Shown here: positions 43,069 to 55,477 of the stretch, piece after piece
Layout: each line of letters starts with the position of its first letter
Numbering within the stretch: position 1 is the stretch's first letter
Source of the DNA: an uncultured Verrucomicrobiae bacterium
GTDB taxonomy: Bacteria > Verrucomicrobiota > Verrucomicrobiia > Chthoniobacterales > JAFAMB01
Assembly: GCA_963813025.1 (NCBI GenBank)
Contig: CAWEXO010000003.1
Span: 1 to 64,000, forward strand
Length of the DNA stretch: 64,000 bases
Direction of reading: 5' to 3'
The notes under the pieces: generated by a model
Database searches by the model: none
Told to the model about the DNA's origin: nothing
The model's input: only the letters and a program-made list of their open reading frames with translations
Program-made: the position numbers and the translations under genes

Positions 43069-43902
43069 ATGCTGACTGAACGCGAGCTTCAGCGAAAGTC
43101 GGTCCAATACCGCAAAGCCCTGCTCCGGCTCATTAAAGCATGCGGGGCCGGCCATACCGGCGGCGATCTCTCCTGCCTCGACATCCTCAACGTGCTCTAC
43201 AACCGCGTCCTGCGGGTCAGCCCGGAGACCTTTAAGAGCCCCGACCGCGACTACTACATCCAGAGCAAGGGTCACTGCGCCGAGGCGCTCTTTGTGGTGC
43301 TGGCCGATCGCGGCTTCTTTCCCGAAAAAGACCTTGAAACCTTAAATCGCTACGGCTCGCATTACATCGGCCACCCCACGCGCGACGTCAACGGGGTCGA
43401 GCAAAATACCGGTGCGCTCGGGCCACGGACTGGCGGTGGCCGTCGGGATTGCCTTGGCCGGGAAAATGGATCGTAAAGATTACCGGGTCTTTACACTGCT
43501 TGGGCGACGGCGAATTGGCCGAAGGCTCCAATTGGGAGGCGGCTATGATGGCGGCCCACTATCGACTGGATAACCTCATTGCCATCGTTGACCGCAACGG
43601 GCTGCAGATTACCGGTTCGACCGAGGACGTCTGCCAACTATCGCCGCTGGATGAGAAGTTTGAAGCCTTCGGTTTTGCGGTACAGCGCTGCGACGGCAAC
43701 GACGTCGGGGAGTTAGTTCGCGCGCTTTGAAGCGGTGCCCTTTCGGCCGGGCAAACCGAGTTTGGTGTTGGCCAAAACCCGCAAGGGCAAAGGCGTCAGC
43801 TTCATGGAGAACGTCGCCAAGTGGCATCACGGGGTGCCCAATGATGATGAGTTTAGCCGGGCCATGGCCGAACTGGAGGCAGCGGAAGCCGCTGTTGCAT
43901 GA
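43069..43902 (+). CDS. Transketolase, N-terminal (TPP-binding) subunit, frameshifted
   Basis: GHTGGDLS, QSKGHC, GHP, NTGALG, GDGELAEGSNWEA, KGKGVSFMEN..KWHH. Confidence 0.88.
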
Positions 43903-44847
43903 TGGAACAAGCGCAAGCAAATTTAGAGATTTTCGCGGCCGCGCTCCTGGAACTGGCGCGTCAGGATTCTGATCTTTTGGTGGTCACCAGCGATTCGCGG
44001 GGCTCGGCCAAGCTGGCCTCATTCGCTAAAGCCGCGCCGGGCCAGATCGTGGAAGTGGGCATCGCCGAACAAAACCTGGTGGGGGTGGCGGCGGGCCTCG
44101 CTGCGGCCGGCAAAAAGGTTTTTGCGGTATCCCCGGCATGCTTTCTCACGGCTCGATCCCTGGAGCAGATTAAGAATGACCTTTGCTATTCCGATCGGCC
44201 GGTTAGAGCGGTAGGCATTAGCGCGGGAGTTAGTTACGGCGCCCTGGGCACCACCCACCATTCGTTGCACGATTACGCTGCGCTGCGCGCGATCCACAAC
44301 ATTGTGATTGTTGCGCCGGCCGACAATTTTGAGACCCGGGAAGCGGTTCGGGCGGCCGCTCAATTGCCGAAACCAGCTTACCTGCGCTTTGGTAAGAAAC
44401 GGATGCCGCACTTGCCGCGGGTAGAGCCTGATTTTGAACTGGGCAAAGCCTCATTGATCCGGCGAAGGCACAGACTTGAGTTTTCTGGCCTGCGGCGAGA
44501 CGGTGGCTCTCGCCTTTGACGCGGCGGAATTGCTGGCAAAGGAGAGTATTCAGTGCCGGGTCTTAAGCCTGCATACGATTAAGCCGCTGGACCAAGCCGC
44601 GGTGCGGCGAGCCGCGGTCGAAACAGGGGGCTTAATCACGGTGGAGGAGCACAGCGTCAACGGCGGCTTAGGCGAAGCCTGCGCCGGATTGCTGCTCCAA
44701 GAAGGCATCATCCCTACGCGGTTCAAAATCGCAGGTTTCCCGGATGACCACACCGTAACGGGGAGCCAGGAGGAAATCTTCCGCCACTACGGCATCGATG
44801 GCCCGGGGCTCGCGGTCGCCGCTCGTAATCTTTTAGCAAAACGTTAA
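43899..44847 (+). CDS. Transketolase, C-terminal subunit, frameshifted
   Basis: VGIAEQNLVG, ARSLEQIKND, GTTHHSLHD, TIKPLD, VEEHSVNGGLG. Confidence 0.88.
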
Positions 44848-44859
44848 CTGAGAATCGAC

Positions 44860-45875
44860 ATGGCCACTCCCCAGACAAACAAAGACGCCGCCGCAACGCA
44901 GACAGCGGCCGCCCCAGCCGCCCGGCCCGGAGCCTCATGGGCTAGTAAGCTCATTGGCGTGCAAGGCCCCCTAATCGGGCTGGTGGTGCTTTGCATCGTA
45001 TTTTCCTTCGCGACCAGCGCGTTCCTTTCGTTTCGAAACCTACTGAATGTTCTGGATCAGGTCACGGTGCTAGGGATCCTGTCGATCGGCATGACGGCGG
45101 TGATCGTGATCGGCGGCATCGATCTATCCGTAGGATCGATCCTGGCCTTTTCCATGATGATCCTGGGATGGCTGAGTCACGATTGTAATCTGCCGCTGAT
45201 CGTTGCGATCGTAGTGGCTCTCCTGGTGGGTGCTCTGTGCGGTTGGGTCAATGGTTTGCTTGTTACCAGGGCCAAGCTGCCAGCCTTCATCGCCACCTTA
45301 AGCATGATGACCATCGCTCGCGGCCTGGCGAACATCATCACTGACGGACGCCAGATCGTAGGTTATCCCGATTGGTTCGACAGCTTTGCTACCCTCCGTT
45401 ATTTTGGATTTCTCTCTCTAACGGTCACGTTGGCCGTCGTGTTGGTCATCGCAAGTTGGATTTTCTTGCGTTACCGCGCGGCGGGCCGCGGGCCTTTACG
45501 CCATCGGCGGCAGCGCCGAGGTGGCGCGCCTGGCGGGGTATACGCGTTCGACAAATGACGACGTGGGTCTACGTGGCGTCCGGACTCCTTTCGGGCCTGG
45601 CGGGCATCGTTCTGGCAAGCCGGTTGGATTCTTCCCAGCCCAGTGCCGGCCTGGGTTACGAACTTGACGCAATCGCGGCCGTGGTCATCGGCGGCGCCAG
45701 TTTGAGCGGCGGCGTTGGCGGAATCGGCGGCACGGTGGTGGGCGTCCTGATCATCGGCGTGCTGCACAACGGCCTGAACTTGACGGGCGTTTCCCCCTTC
45801 ATCCAGCAGGTGGTCATCGGCGTAGTGATCGCGCTGGCGGTCAGCTCCGATACGCTGCGCCGCCGAGCAGCTTGA
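44860..45875 (+). CDS. Sugar/polyol ABC transporter permease, frameshifted
   Basis: [37 protein letters not shown]. Confidence 0.88.
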
Positions 45876-45985
45876 TCATGACAAAAAACCAATACGTGTG
45901 CGTTGGGCCGCCAGTCTCTAAATTCTCATCCTAAAGAAAAACAAACCCTAAAAAAACCTAACCTTAGCATTTCCATTATACTAAT

Positions 45986-46926
45986 ATGTTCCTCCGAAAA
46001 GCATTCTTTGCCACTGCCCTCACCGCTTCGAGTCTGTTGCTTAGCCCTGCAACCGGCTCAGCCCAGGAGAAAAAATTGGTCGGCTTGGCCGTTGCCAACT
46101 TGCAGGCGGATTTTTTCAATCAGATCAAGCAATCCGTGGACGCCGAAGCCAAGGCCAAAGGCGTTAACCTCATCGTGGTCGGATGCGAAAGGCGACGCGG
46201 CCACCCAAGTCGACCAGATACAAGACCTGATCACCCGCGGGATCAAAGCGATAATCTACATCCCGGCGGGCGCCACGGCCGCGGGGGTCCCAGTAAAAGC
46301 GGCCAGAAAGGCCAATATTCCCGTCGTCAACGTGGATCGAAACGCCCCCGACGCGCCGGGCGATACCTTCATTGCGACAGACAGCGTTGCGGCGGCCAAA
46401 ACGCTCGGGGAACACGTTTGCAAGGTCACCGGCGGTAAAGCCAATATCGCCATCATTCAAGGCCAACTGGGCACCACGCCTGAAATGGATCGCGATAAAG
46501 GCTTTAACGAGGCGGTGGCCAACTGCCCCGGCATCAAGGTGGTGGCAAAGCAACCCAGCAAGGCGTGGATGCAAGATGAGGGCTTTGCGATAGCCCAGGA
46601 CATGCTGCAGCGCTACCCCAACATCAGATACCTTTTTCGGCCGGGCGGACGCACTGGCCCTCGGGGCGGCTCATGCCGTGAAGGTGGCCAACGTGGGCCA
46701 CAAGGTTTGGATCTTCGGCTTTGACGGTGACGTGGCCGGACTCAAAGCCGTTCGTGATGGAACGCTGGATGCGACCATGACTCAGAAGACGCAGTATATG
46801 GGTAGGCTGGCGCTGGATTCGGCCCTGGACCTCATCGGCGGCAAGCAGCTGCCGAAGGAACAGCTGCAAGAGGCGGTCCTGACGACTAAGGAAAACGTGG
46901 GTACCTTTATCGATAAACATCCCTAG
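45986..46926 (+). CDS. Sugar/polyol ABC transporter substrate-binding protein, frameshifted
   Basis: Signal peptide MFLRKAFFATAL..SAQ; GLAVANLQADFFNQIK, IPVVNVDR, GFDGD, ATMTQ. Confidence 0.87.
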
Positions 46927-46948
46927 ACAACAACAGGAACACAGCCGG

Positions 46949-48489
46949 ATGAGTTCACGCAGTGCCAATGCGGTCGCCGACGGGGCGCAGGACGCCTCTC
47001 AACGGGAAGCCGAGCCGAGGCTATCCTTGCGCGGCATCGAGAAAAGCTTCGACACCAACGTGGTTCTGTCCGGTATCGACTTGGACGTTTATGAAGGGGA
47101 GCTCGTTGCCTTGCTTGGAGAAAACGGGGCAGGCAAGTCTACAATGTCGTCGATCATCGCGGGGATTTTTCCGCCCATCTGCTGGCACGATGACGTGGGA
47201 GGGTAAGCCCTACGCGCCCACCCGGCCGGGGGAGGCCATCGAAACCGGCATCGGGCTGATTCACCAGGAAATGCGGCTCTTGCCCGATTTGTCGATAGCC
47301 GAAAACGTCTTCGTCGGCCGGCTTTTAATGAAAGGAGGCAGGATCGACCGCGAGACCATGAATCAGCGCGCGGCCGAGCAACTCCGCACGGCTCGGCCTG
47401 GACGTCTCGCCAACGACCCTCGTTCGGACCTTAAGGGTCGCCGCGCAGCAACAGGTCGAAATCGCCAAAGCCCTCACGCTCAAAGCGAGGCTCTTGATTC
47501 TGGATGAACCTACCGCGGCACTGGGCGGAGAGGAAACGGAACGGCTTTTTGCGCAAATCGACCAGCTGCGCAAACAAGGAGTAAGCTTCATCTACATCAG
47601 TCATCGCCTTGAGGAGATAGCGCGTATCGCGAACCGTATCGTGGTGTTGCGCGACGGCCGGCTGGTGGCCACGCATTCTTCGGCGCAGGTGCCTGTAAAC
47701 GTGTTGCTCGAAAACATGGTGGGGCGAAATGTCGACCGAATTTTTCCAAAGCTTGAGGAGCCCACCGGCAAGGAAGTCTTCCGCGTGGAGGGATTGACGG
47801 GAGCCAATAGCGCGTTTCGGGACGTCAGCTTTTCGGTGAAGGCCGGTGAGATTTTTGGCATTGCCGGTATCGTCGGGGCTGGGCGCACGGAGCTGGTTCG
47901 CGCGATCGCGGGCGCGGATCCGCTCGTGGCCGGTTCGGTCTTCGTCGATGGAAAAGAGGTTCAACTCAAGGCGCCTGAGGATGCGATCAAAGCAGGAGTA
48001 GTGCTGGTACCGGAAGACCGCAAAGCGCAAGGGGTAGTGCTGAATCATACGGTCGCCACCAACCTCGCGCTCGGCAACTTTGATCGACTGGCTCCCGCTG
48101 GCTGGCTGATGCCGGCGGAAGTCGCCTCCTTTGCTGCAAACGCTATTAAGCGCCTCGGAGTCAAGGGTCAGGCCAATCAGTTGATGCGTTTTCTTTCCGG
48201 CGGTAATCAGCAGAAAGCGATCATAGCCCGGTGGATTTCCCGTTCGCCAAAGGTCTTCATGCTCGATGAACCCACCCGCGGGATCGACATGGGCGCGCGG
48301 GCTGCAATCTATGAGACCATCGCCGGACTAGCCAGAGAGGGAATGGCGGTCATCGTCGTCAGCTCGGACCTTGAGGAGGTTATCGGCCTGTCTCACCGGG
48401 TGCTTGTGCTCGCCCGCGGCCGATTACAGGGCACTTTAAAACATAGTGAAGTAACCAACGTCGCAATCATGGAATTAGCAACACGCTAA
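46949..48489 (+). CDS. Sugar ABC transporter ATP-binding protein, frameshifted
   Basis: GENGAGKST, LDEPTAAL, YISHRL, LSGGNQQK, DEPTRGID. Confidence 0.88.
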
Positions 48490-48531
48490 AGCAGCATGCG
48501 CGTTGCACAAAAGCCTAACTAAACTATTGGA

Positions 48532-49299
48532 ATGATGGATTTATTCAGCCTTGAAGGAAAGATTTCGTTTGTTACCGGAGCGGGCAGCGGCATCGGCCAA
48601 CGCATCGCCCTAGGGTTGGCCGAAGCGGGCGCCTCCGTCGGATGCTTCGACTTGAGGTCGAGTAAGGGCCTGGAAGGCACGGCCGAACAGATTAAAGGTC
48701 TTGGCCGTCAAGCCATCGCATTAATGGGCGACGTCACGCAAGCCACTGATCTGCGCCAAGCCATCGACGCCGTGGAAAAGGAGCTTGGGCCGCTCACGGT
48801 CGCAGTCAATTGCGCCGGCATCGCCAACGCCGCGCCCGCCGAAGAAATGCCGCCGGAGCAATGGCAGCGGGTGATCGACATTAACCTCACGGGCACCTTC
48901 CTTTCGTGCCAGGCGGAGGGGAAAGTTATGCTGCCGCGCAAACAGGGTTCGATCGTTAACATCGCTTCCATGTCAGGCATCATCGTGAACCGCGGGCTCT
49001 TGCAAGCCCATTACAACACTTCCAAAGCCGGGGTCATTCACTTGTCCAAAAGCTTGGCTATGGAATGGAGCAATCGCGGCGTTCGCGTTAACTCGATCAG
49101 CCCCGGCTACACGGCCACGCCGATGAACCTGCGCCCGGAGGTGGCGGAACAAGTCAAGCAGTTCGAGGCCGACACACCGCTGGGACGCATGGCCACCGTC
49201 GATGAGTTGGTCGGGCCGGCTGTGTTCTTGTCAAGCCCAGCGGCGTCCTTCTGCACGGGCATTGATCTGGTTGTCGATGGCGGATTCGTTTGCTGGTGA
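48532..49299 (+). CDS. SDR-family oxidoreductase (polyol dehydrogenase-like)
   Basis: TGAGSGIG, NIASMSG, AHYNTSKAGV, NSISPGY. Confidence 0.9.
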   Translation: MMDLFSLEGKISFVTGAGSGIGQRIALGLAEAGASVGCFDLRSSKGLEGTAEQIKGLGRQAIALMGDVTQATDLRQAIDAVEKELGPLTVAVNCAGIANAAPAEEMPPEQWQRVIDINLTGTFLSCQAEGKVMLPRKQGSIVNIASMSGIIVNRGLLQAHYNTSKAGVIHLSKSLAMEWSNRGVRVNSISPGYTATPMNLRPEVAEQVKQFEADTPLGRMATVDELVGPAVFLSSPAASFCTGIDLVVDGGFVCW

Positions 49300-49709
49300 G
49301 GTGTTCACCATCGACCCGTGATTTTCCGTTACATTGGGAGAGAACTCGTTGGGGTCGTCGCCACTAACTCCGCGAGCGTAGTTGATTCCCCGGGTGTTCA
49401 TCGCTCTTTGCTAGAGCTGCACGTTGTGAGTGGCGCTGTTGGCAAGAAAAAAGTTCCGCGCTTCCGGGGAGCGCCAAATGGCCCCTCATGACACAACTGT
49501 TGGAAAGGCTAGAATGCATGAAGTCGATTTCAAAAAGGAGGGGTGATGACGTCCATTTGTCCATTCTCGTCCTGCGCCCACCGCAGCCAAGTACTGCCAA
49601 ATTGAGAAGAGGGTTCGCCAAGATTGGCCCAGCGAGGTTGGCGCCTTTGTACATGATTTAGATCTGTAGATGAAACTCGATGATCACGGAAGGGAGACAT
49701 TACCAAGGG

Positions 49710-49912
49710 CTTCCGTTATTATCGAATTTGACGGCAAGAGCGTGACCGACAGCTGCCATTTTCGACTCATGGTGGCCGAGAAACCGCCTGGGTCTGAGGT
49801 AAGCGTCAAAGTCTTTCGTGACGGCAAACAGCAAACTTTCACTGTCGAGCTCGGCGAATTGGCTTCGGAGGATCTGTTCCAGCCCGGCGGACCTAGCGAC
49901 ACTTGGCGGTAA
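49710..49912 (+). pseudogene. PDZ-domain fragment (DegP/HtrA-like)
   Basis: VIIEFDGKSV.D...FRLMVA..PPGSEV.VKVFRDGKQ..F.V.LGEL; no protease domain. Confidence 0.6.
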
Positions 49913-50384
49913 CGAGCGAAGATGCCGGCTTCGGCTATGGGAGATTACGCGTGTTGCTGGTACGTTAATGGTCGCCATTCCAAAAATAACTCCAACGTCG
50001 GACAACTCGGAATCTAGGGACTCTCCGAAATCGGTAAGCTGACGACGCTAACGTACTTCGTCGTCATTCTTTGGTCCTTCGCTGACAAGGATCTCCATAG
50101 AAATCAAGAGCCCACTTTTCGTAAGCTGCATTATTCGGAGTGACGTTGCCGTTGAAAATCTCATGCACGTGAAAGACCAGAAGACTTGCAGGAATCGGAA
50201 ACGCACACCATAGGAGGGCGAAACTAATTTTTTGCGAAACTATTTTTTTCTTCGTAGCCGGTTGCCGAGCACAAGTTTGGAGGATACTTCACCAAAATTC
50301 GCAAAGCGGCTTCGTCGTCCACTGATAAGCTCGAGAAAGTTCTCTGTTCTTCAATGGACGAGCCGCAGAATCACGAACATCATT

Positions 50385-51049
50385 ATGACAACGAACAAGC
50401 AGACACGAAGCGATGATTCGATTCGAGACGATGTCCTTTTTGAATTGAAATGGGACCCGAAAATTAACTCCAGCGATATCGCTGTAGCCGTCAAAAACGG
50501 GGTGGCGACGCTAAGTGGGTTTGCGTCGAGTTATTGGGAAGACTGGAAGCCGAAAAGGCGGCGAAACGCGTCTACGGAGTCCGTGGAGTTGCGAACGATA
50601 TCCGCGTGAAGCCGCTTTTTAGCCGAACTGACCCCGAAGTTGCGCGGGACGCGGTACCCGAACTGGAGAGCCACGTCAGTATCCCCGCCGATCGAATTCA
50701 AGTAACCGTAAAAGATGGATGGGTAACGCTGGAAGGAACCGTGGACTGGCAATTTCAGCGGACCTTGGCCGAGTCGGCGGTGAAGAAGCTGCGTGGAGTG
50801 GTCGGGATTACCAACAGCATCCAGGTTAAGTCGAAGGTCTCTCCGACGGAAATCAAAAACAAGATCGAAGATGCCCTGCGCCGGAGTGCGGAGTTGGATG
50901 CTAATCAGATTACGGTGCAAGTGGATGGCGGAACGGTAAAACTTTATGGCCTTGTGCGATCCTGGGCGGAGAAAGACGAGGCAGAAAGAGCGGCTTGGTC
51001 AGTTCCTGGAACGGTAAACGTGGAGAACCACATTGATGTAGAGCCATAA
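50385..51049 (+). CDS. BON-domain (OsmY-like) protein with three BON repeats, one frameshift near 50540
   Basis: IAVAVKNGVATLSG, VKDGWVTLEGTV, V.GV.N, VKLYG.VRSWAE...AWSVPG. Confidence 0.85.
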
Positions 51050-51115
51050 GGTAGACAGTGAATCAGCGCTCCCGAGGAGTGCGATAAAGAAAGTCAAAAT
51101 ACAAAGAGCTATACC

Positions 51116-51682
51116 GTGGATAAATTGGATATGAACGCGCCACTTCTACGCGAAGTGGCTGGCTATGATTGGTTGAACCTCGCCCTGCGCGGAGCGGTAG
51201 CGGTGGTCTTCGGTTTGATAACGTTCTTCCTGCCGGGAATTACCCTGTTCTTTCTCGTGATGCTTTTCGGGGTCTACGCCCTGGTCGACGGCATCCTCAG
51301 CTTGATCTCGGCTTTCCGCGCTCCTGCCCGGCATTGGCCGCTCTTCCTGGAAGGGATTGTGGGATAGCCGCTGGACTTCTGACGTTTTTCTGGCCGGGCA
51401 TTACGGCGGGAGTGCTGGTCTGCCTCATCGGTTTTTTGGGCGATCGTTACCGGCGTTCTTGAGATCGTGGCGGGCATCCGTTTGCGCAAAAGAAATCCAT
51501 CGTGAGTGGCTGTTGATCGGAATGGTATTTTATCAGTATTATTTGGAGTGCTGGTTTTTCTGTTTCCGGTAGCTGCCGCGTTGGCGATAGTATTCTGGAT
51601 TGGCGCTTACGCGCTGGTTTTCGGTGCGTTTCTAAGCGCGTTGTCGCTGCGCGTTCGCGGTCAATCTCATCTGGCTACCTAG
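51116..51682 (+). CDS. HdeD/DUF308-family membrane protein, frameshifted
   Basis: LRGAVAVVFGLI, FGVYALVDG, FWPGITA, IGAYALVFG. Confidence 0.78.
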
Positions 51683-51869
51683 GTGATGTCTGCCTGGGAG
51701 ACTTTTACATCGATCTTAGGGATCCAAACTTCGCCAAAATGCAGGGGTGGCTCTTTGCGACCTCAGATCCAACGTGAGAGGCTAGAATTGGGGTGGGAGG
51801 CATTCTTAAAGAAATTCGCCTTTTAGTTCTTCGCCAGTTTCTCCGACGAATTCTATAAAGGGCCGGTTG

Positions 51870-52943
51870 AGAAACGTGGGCTCGGAAGGCGTCGGATGGA
51901 AGTCGACGGACAATGCGAAGGTAAGCGATTGGTTGAGGTGAAATTGGCTGGGATCCAGCGCAACAGCAGCGGACCGGGAACCTGCTCTTTGGAAGTAGGG
52001 TTGGCCGAAGGCCGGCGCATTGAAGTCAGGCGGGACTTTGATGCTGAAACTTCAGCGCGCTTGATCCGAACCCTCGAGGAGATCTGATCGGTGTTTGGGC
52101 TTGGACCGACAACCAGGATCTATGTCGCTCTTGGAGCCATCGACCTGCGCAAGGGACTGAGGTTCGCAGAGTATAAGGTCCGGGTATTGGCAGAGAGACT
52201 GCGTCTGGTACGGATCGAGAAGTACGGGCCCGAAAGCGAGAAGCTCTCCGACGCGCAACTGGAATTGCTCGAATTGGAGCCCGGGGTCAGCAGGGCCGAA
52301 GTAGAGGCCGAGAGTCAACGAGACTAAACGCAACGCCGCTTAAAGCTGCGCGCAAGCATCCGGGCCGGCAGGAACTACCAGCGGTCCAGATGCACGATGG
52401 CAGAGGAAAAAACCACCAAGCCGACCTTTGGCAATACAGTCGGCCGGCCGGGGCGGCGGTCTTCGACTTTCGAATGGGTCGCGAGCAAGAAGGACCCAAA
52501 CGGTTCCTGGGTAATTTCGAAGGCATTCTGCAGTGTGATGGTTACGGGGCGTACGATCATGTCGGTGGACCCAAGATCGTGCTTACAGCGTGTTGGGCGC
52601 ATGCCAGGCGCAAGTTCTTCGAAACGGTCAAACTCAATCCCAAAGATCAAACTTCGATCCGGATCGTGGCGCAGATGGATTTGCTTTCTGCCATCGATGA
52701 AAAGGCTCGGGCTCAGAAATTAACCCAGAGTGATCGTCACCTTCACGACAGCAAAAAGCGCGGCCGCTGCTGGAGCAGATTAAAGAGGCAATCGAAGCGG
52801 CACGGGTGCTCAGTGCTGCCCGGGTTAGGCGATTTTCCAATCGGCCGAATCGCCGAGCTCACTCCAACAGAATGGGCGGACCGAAACTGACGAACTAAAT
52901 CCGGTGGCCCCGCCAATCGTGTGTTTGCTACCCGGATACGTAA
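51870..52943 (+). mobile_element. IS66-family remnant (tnpA, tnpB, tnpC fragments with internal deletions)
   Basis: RRIEVRRDFD (TnpA), TRIYV...DLRKG (TnpB), KYGPESEKL..QLEL, HPGRQEL, LQCDGY.AY, CWAHARRKF, IAELTP.EW (TnpC); left boundary approximate. Confidence 0.85.
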
Positions 52944-53042
52944 CTGGTGCGTTTTTAGTTCCGCTATGGGACCAAAGAAGTCGTATGTGCATGCAGCGCA
53001 ATGTGATTAATTGATGGATCGACAGGAAGTCGTTTTCCCTCC

Positions 53043-55310
53043 ATGAAAAGAAAAACCCTCGTTCTATTTATGCAGGCAATAGTCGCCTGCGCGGCAGTTT
53101 ACGTTGGTCAGCAATCGATCAAAGCTCAAGGCGTCGCTCCCGGCGGCCCCGGCGGTAACGCAGATTGGTTGCCATCGAACAAAACCGGTTTCGGCACGAG
53201 CTACACCACCGCGAGCAACGTATGGTTCACTCTGGAGGGCGGCCGTCTAAGCGAGGTCTACTACCCTCTCCTCGACACGCCCAGCGTCCGTAACCTCGAT
53301 TTTGTCGTCACCGATGGGCAGAGCTTTGCGGTCAAGGCCCAGGACGCGTCCACTTCCACGCGGCTTGTGAACCCGAATCAAGGGCGGCGTGAAGAGGATC
53401 ACGGGTGGCGTATGGACGGAGACGATCCCAACAGCCTGACCTACCAGATTGTCAACACTGACACCGCCAATCGGTGGCGCCTCACCACCACCTTCGTTAC
53501 GGATCCCTCTCGGACAACCCTGCTCATCGAGGTTGAGTTTACCTCTTTGAACGGCCAGCCTTACCAGCTCTACGCAATCTTCCATCCGCAGCTTAACAAC
53601 CCGACGGTGGAGGCACCCCTTAACGAGTCAGGGATGACGCAGGGCAACGCGCTACTGGCCTCTGACGCGCAGGGCAAGGTCGCGAGCGCGTTTGTCGCGT
53701 CGCCCGCCTTTACGGAGACCTCCAACGGCTACCTGGGTACGAGTGACGGCGGGACGGACTTGAGCCAGCACTACCGGCTAACCGCCCACTACAGCTCCGC
53801 GCCGAACGGAACCGTGGTGCAGACCGGCCGGTTACCCCTGACGGGGCTCTGGGGCAGTCGCCACCTCACGCTCGCGCTCGGCTTTGCCGCCGCCGAGTCC
53901 GCTGCGCTCGATACGGCAAACGCCTCGCTGGGGGCCGGGTTCCACCAAATCTCTGAGGAATACGCCGAGGGTTGGGACCAATACCTGAACTCTTTGCACG
54001 ATGCTCCGCCGAGCCTTTTTACCAAGCACCAACGCCAGCTGTACGCCGTTTCTGCGATGGTGCTCGCCGCCAGCGAGGACAAGACCTTCCGGGGTGGCTT
54101 CGTCGCCTCCCCGACGATGCCGTGGGCGTGGGGAACCGGCTTGTTTAATCCCTCCGCCCCCTACCACGCGGTGTGGTCCCGCGACCTGTACGAAATCGTA
54201 ACGGCGCTTCTCGTCGACGGGGACCTGGCCGGCGCGGGCCGCGCCTTGGACTACCTCTTTAATGTCCAGCAAAAGCCCGATGGCTCCTTCCCCCAAAACT
54301 CCAAGCTCGACAGCACGCCGGTTTTCGGCGGCTTGCAGCTTGACGAAGTGGGCGACCCGATCATTCTCGCTTACCAGCTCGGCCACACGGACGCCGCCAC
54401 TTGGTCGCACGTCAAACGGGCAGCTGACTTCCTGGTGAACTTCATGACGACCGACACGTTCGGCACGCACCACGCCCCCTACACCCCGGGCGAGCGGTGG
54501 GAAAACCAGAGCGGCTATTCCCCCTCGTCCACCGCCAGCGAGATCGCCGGCCTGGTGTGCGCGGCCCACATTGCCCAAGCCAACGGCGACGCGGTATCCG
54601 CGCAGCTTTACCTTAACACGGCCGACTCCTGGCAGTCGCAGTTGGAAATATGGATGGTGACCACAAACGGGCCCTTCAGCCCGTTGCCGTACTACCTGCG
54701 CCTGACCAAGGACGGCATGCCCAACGTCGGCACCACCTACGGCCTCGGGGACGGCGGTCCGAGTGTCATCGACCAACGCAAGGTAGCTGACGCCGGTTTC
54801 CTTGAGTTGGTGCGCCTTGGAATCAAGCCCGCCTACGACGTGGTGATTATCAACAGCCTCCAGGTAGTCGATGCGCAGATCGCCACGACGACCCCCAACG
54901 GCACCTTTTGGCACCGCTACAACTTCGACGGATACGGCGAGACGGCCACCGGTGCCCCGTGGGGCGTGACTTCACCTGACACTTTCACGACCCATGGCCG
55001 GCTCTGGCCCATTTTCGCCGGAGAACGCGGTGAATACGACTTGGCGGCTTACAACGTGTTTGGAGCGGAGGCGCACCTTATTGCTATAAGCCGTACCTCG
55101 AACGATGGTGATTTGCTGCCCGAGCAGGTCTGGGATAACCAGCCGCCGATTGGCCAGCCTGGCTTCGCGTCAGGCACCGGCACTTTCTCGGCCACTCCCC
55201 TGGCCTGGACGCACGCCCAGTTCATTCGGCTTGCCTTCGACATCGCGGCCGGCCGCTTACTCGAGCAACCTGCAATCGTCGCGGATCGCTATCTCCATCG
55301 CCAGCATTAG
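53043..55310 (+). CDS. Secreted glucodextranase / glucoamylase (GH15)
   Basis: Signal peptide; APGGPG, KTGFGT, VWFT..G.LSEVYYP, YHAVWSRDLY, GSFPQN, QLDE, ERWENQSGYSPS, RYNFDGYGE, LPEQVWD, SATPLAWTHAQF. Confidence 0.92.
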   Translation: MKRKTLVLFMQAIVACAAVYVGQQSIKAQGVAPGGPGGNADWLPSNKTGFGTSYTTASNVWFTLEGGRLSEVYYPLLDTPSVRNLDFVVTDGQSFAVKAQDASTSTRLVNPNQGRREEDHGWRMDGDDPNSLTYQIVNTDTANRWRLTTTFVTDPSRTTLLIEVEFTSLNGQPYQLYAIFHPQLNNPTVEAPLNESGMTQGNALLASDAQGKVASAFVASPAFTETSNGYLGTSDGGTDLSQHYRLTAHYSSAPNGTVVQTGRLPLTGLWGSRHLTLALGFAAAESAALDTANASLGAGFHQISEEYAEGWDQYLNSLHDAPPSLFTKHQRQLYAVSAMVLAASEDKTFRGGFVASPTMPWAWGTGLFNPSAPYHAVWSRDLYEIVTALLVDGDLAGAGRALDYLFNVQQKPDGSFPQNSKLDSTPVFGGLQLDEVGDPIILAYQLGHTDAATWSHVKRAADFLVNFMTTDTFGTHHAPYTPGERWENQSGYSPSSTASEIAGLVCAAHIAQANGDAVSAQLYLNTADSWQSQLEIWMVTTNGPFSPLPYYLRLTKDGMPNVGTTYGLGDGGPSVIDQRKVADAGFLELVRLGIKPAYDVVIINSLQVVDAQIATTTPNGTFWHRYNFDGYGETATGAPWGVTSPDTFTTHGRLWPIFAGERGEYDLAAYNVFGAEAHLIAISRTSNDGDLLPEQVWDNQPPIGQPGFASGTGTFSATPLAWTHAQFIRLAFDIAAGRLLEQPAIVADRYLHRQH

Positions 55311-55477
55311 CCAAACGTGCAGCCAAAACCAATTCTGGACTAGCGCTACAACAAAGTCTGGGACAAGCGCGTGCCTATCCACCGGCTTCAATTCCTCTGA
55401 GCTTTTCTGACTCCGGTTGATGCTCTGAATCTGCCCGTTCTGCGAGAGTCAACTCGTCGATGAGTTGGCGCATTCGC

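Noticed and set aside
53832..54914. 360-aa antisense ORF, and similar shadows at 15600-16427, 6406-7146, 35515-36075 and 47431-48048
   Set aside because: They overlap well-supported genes, carry no motifs, and are expected from GC-rich codon bias
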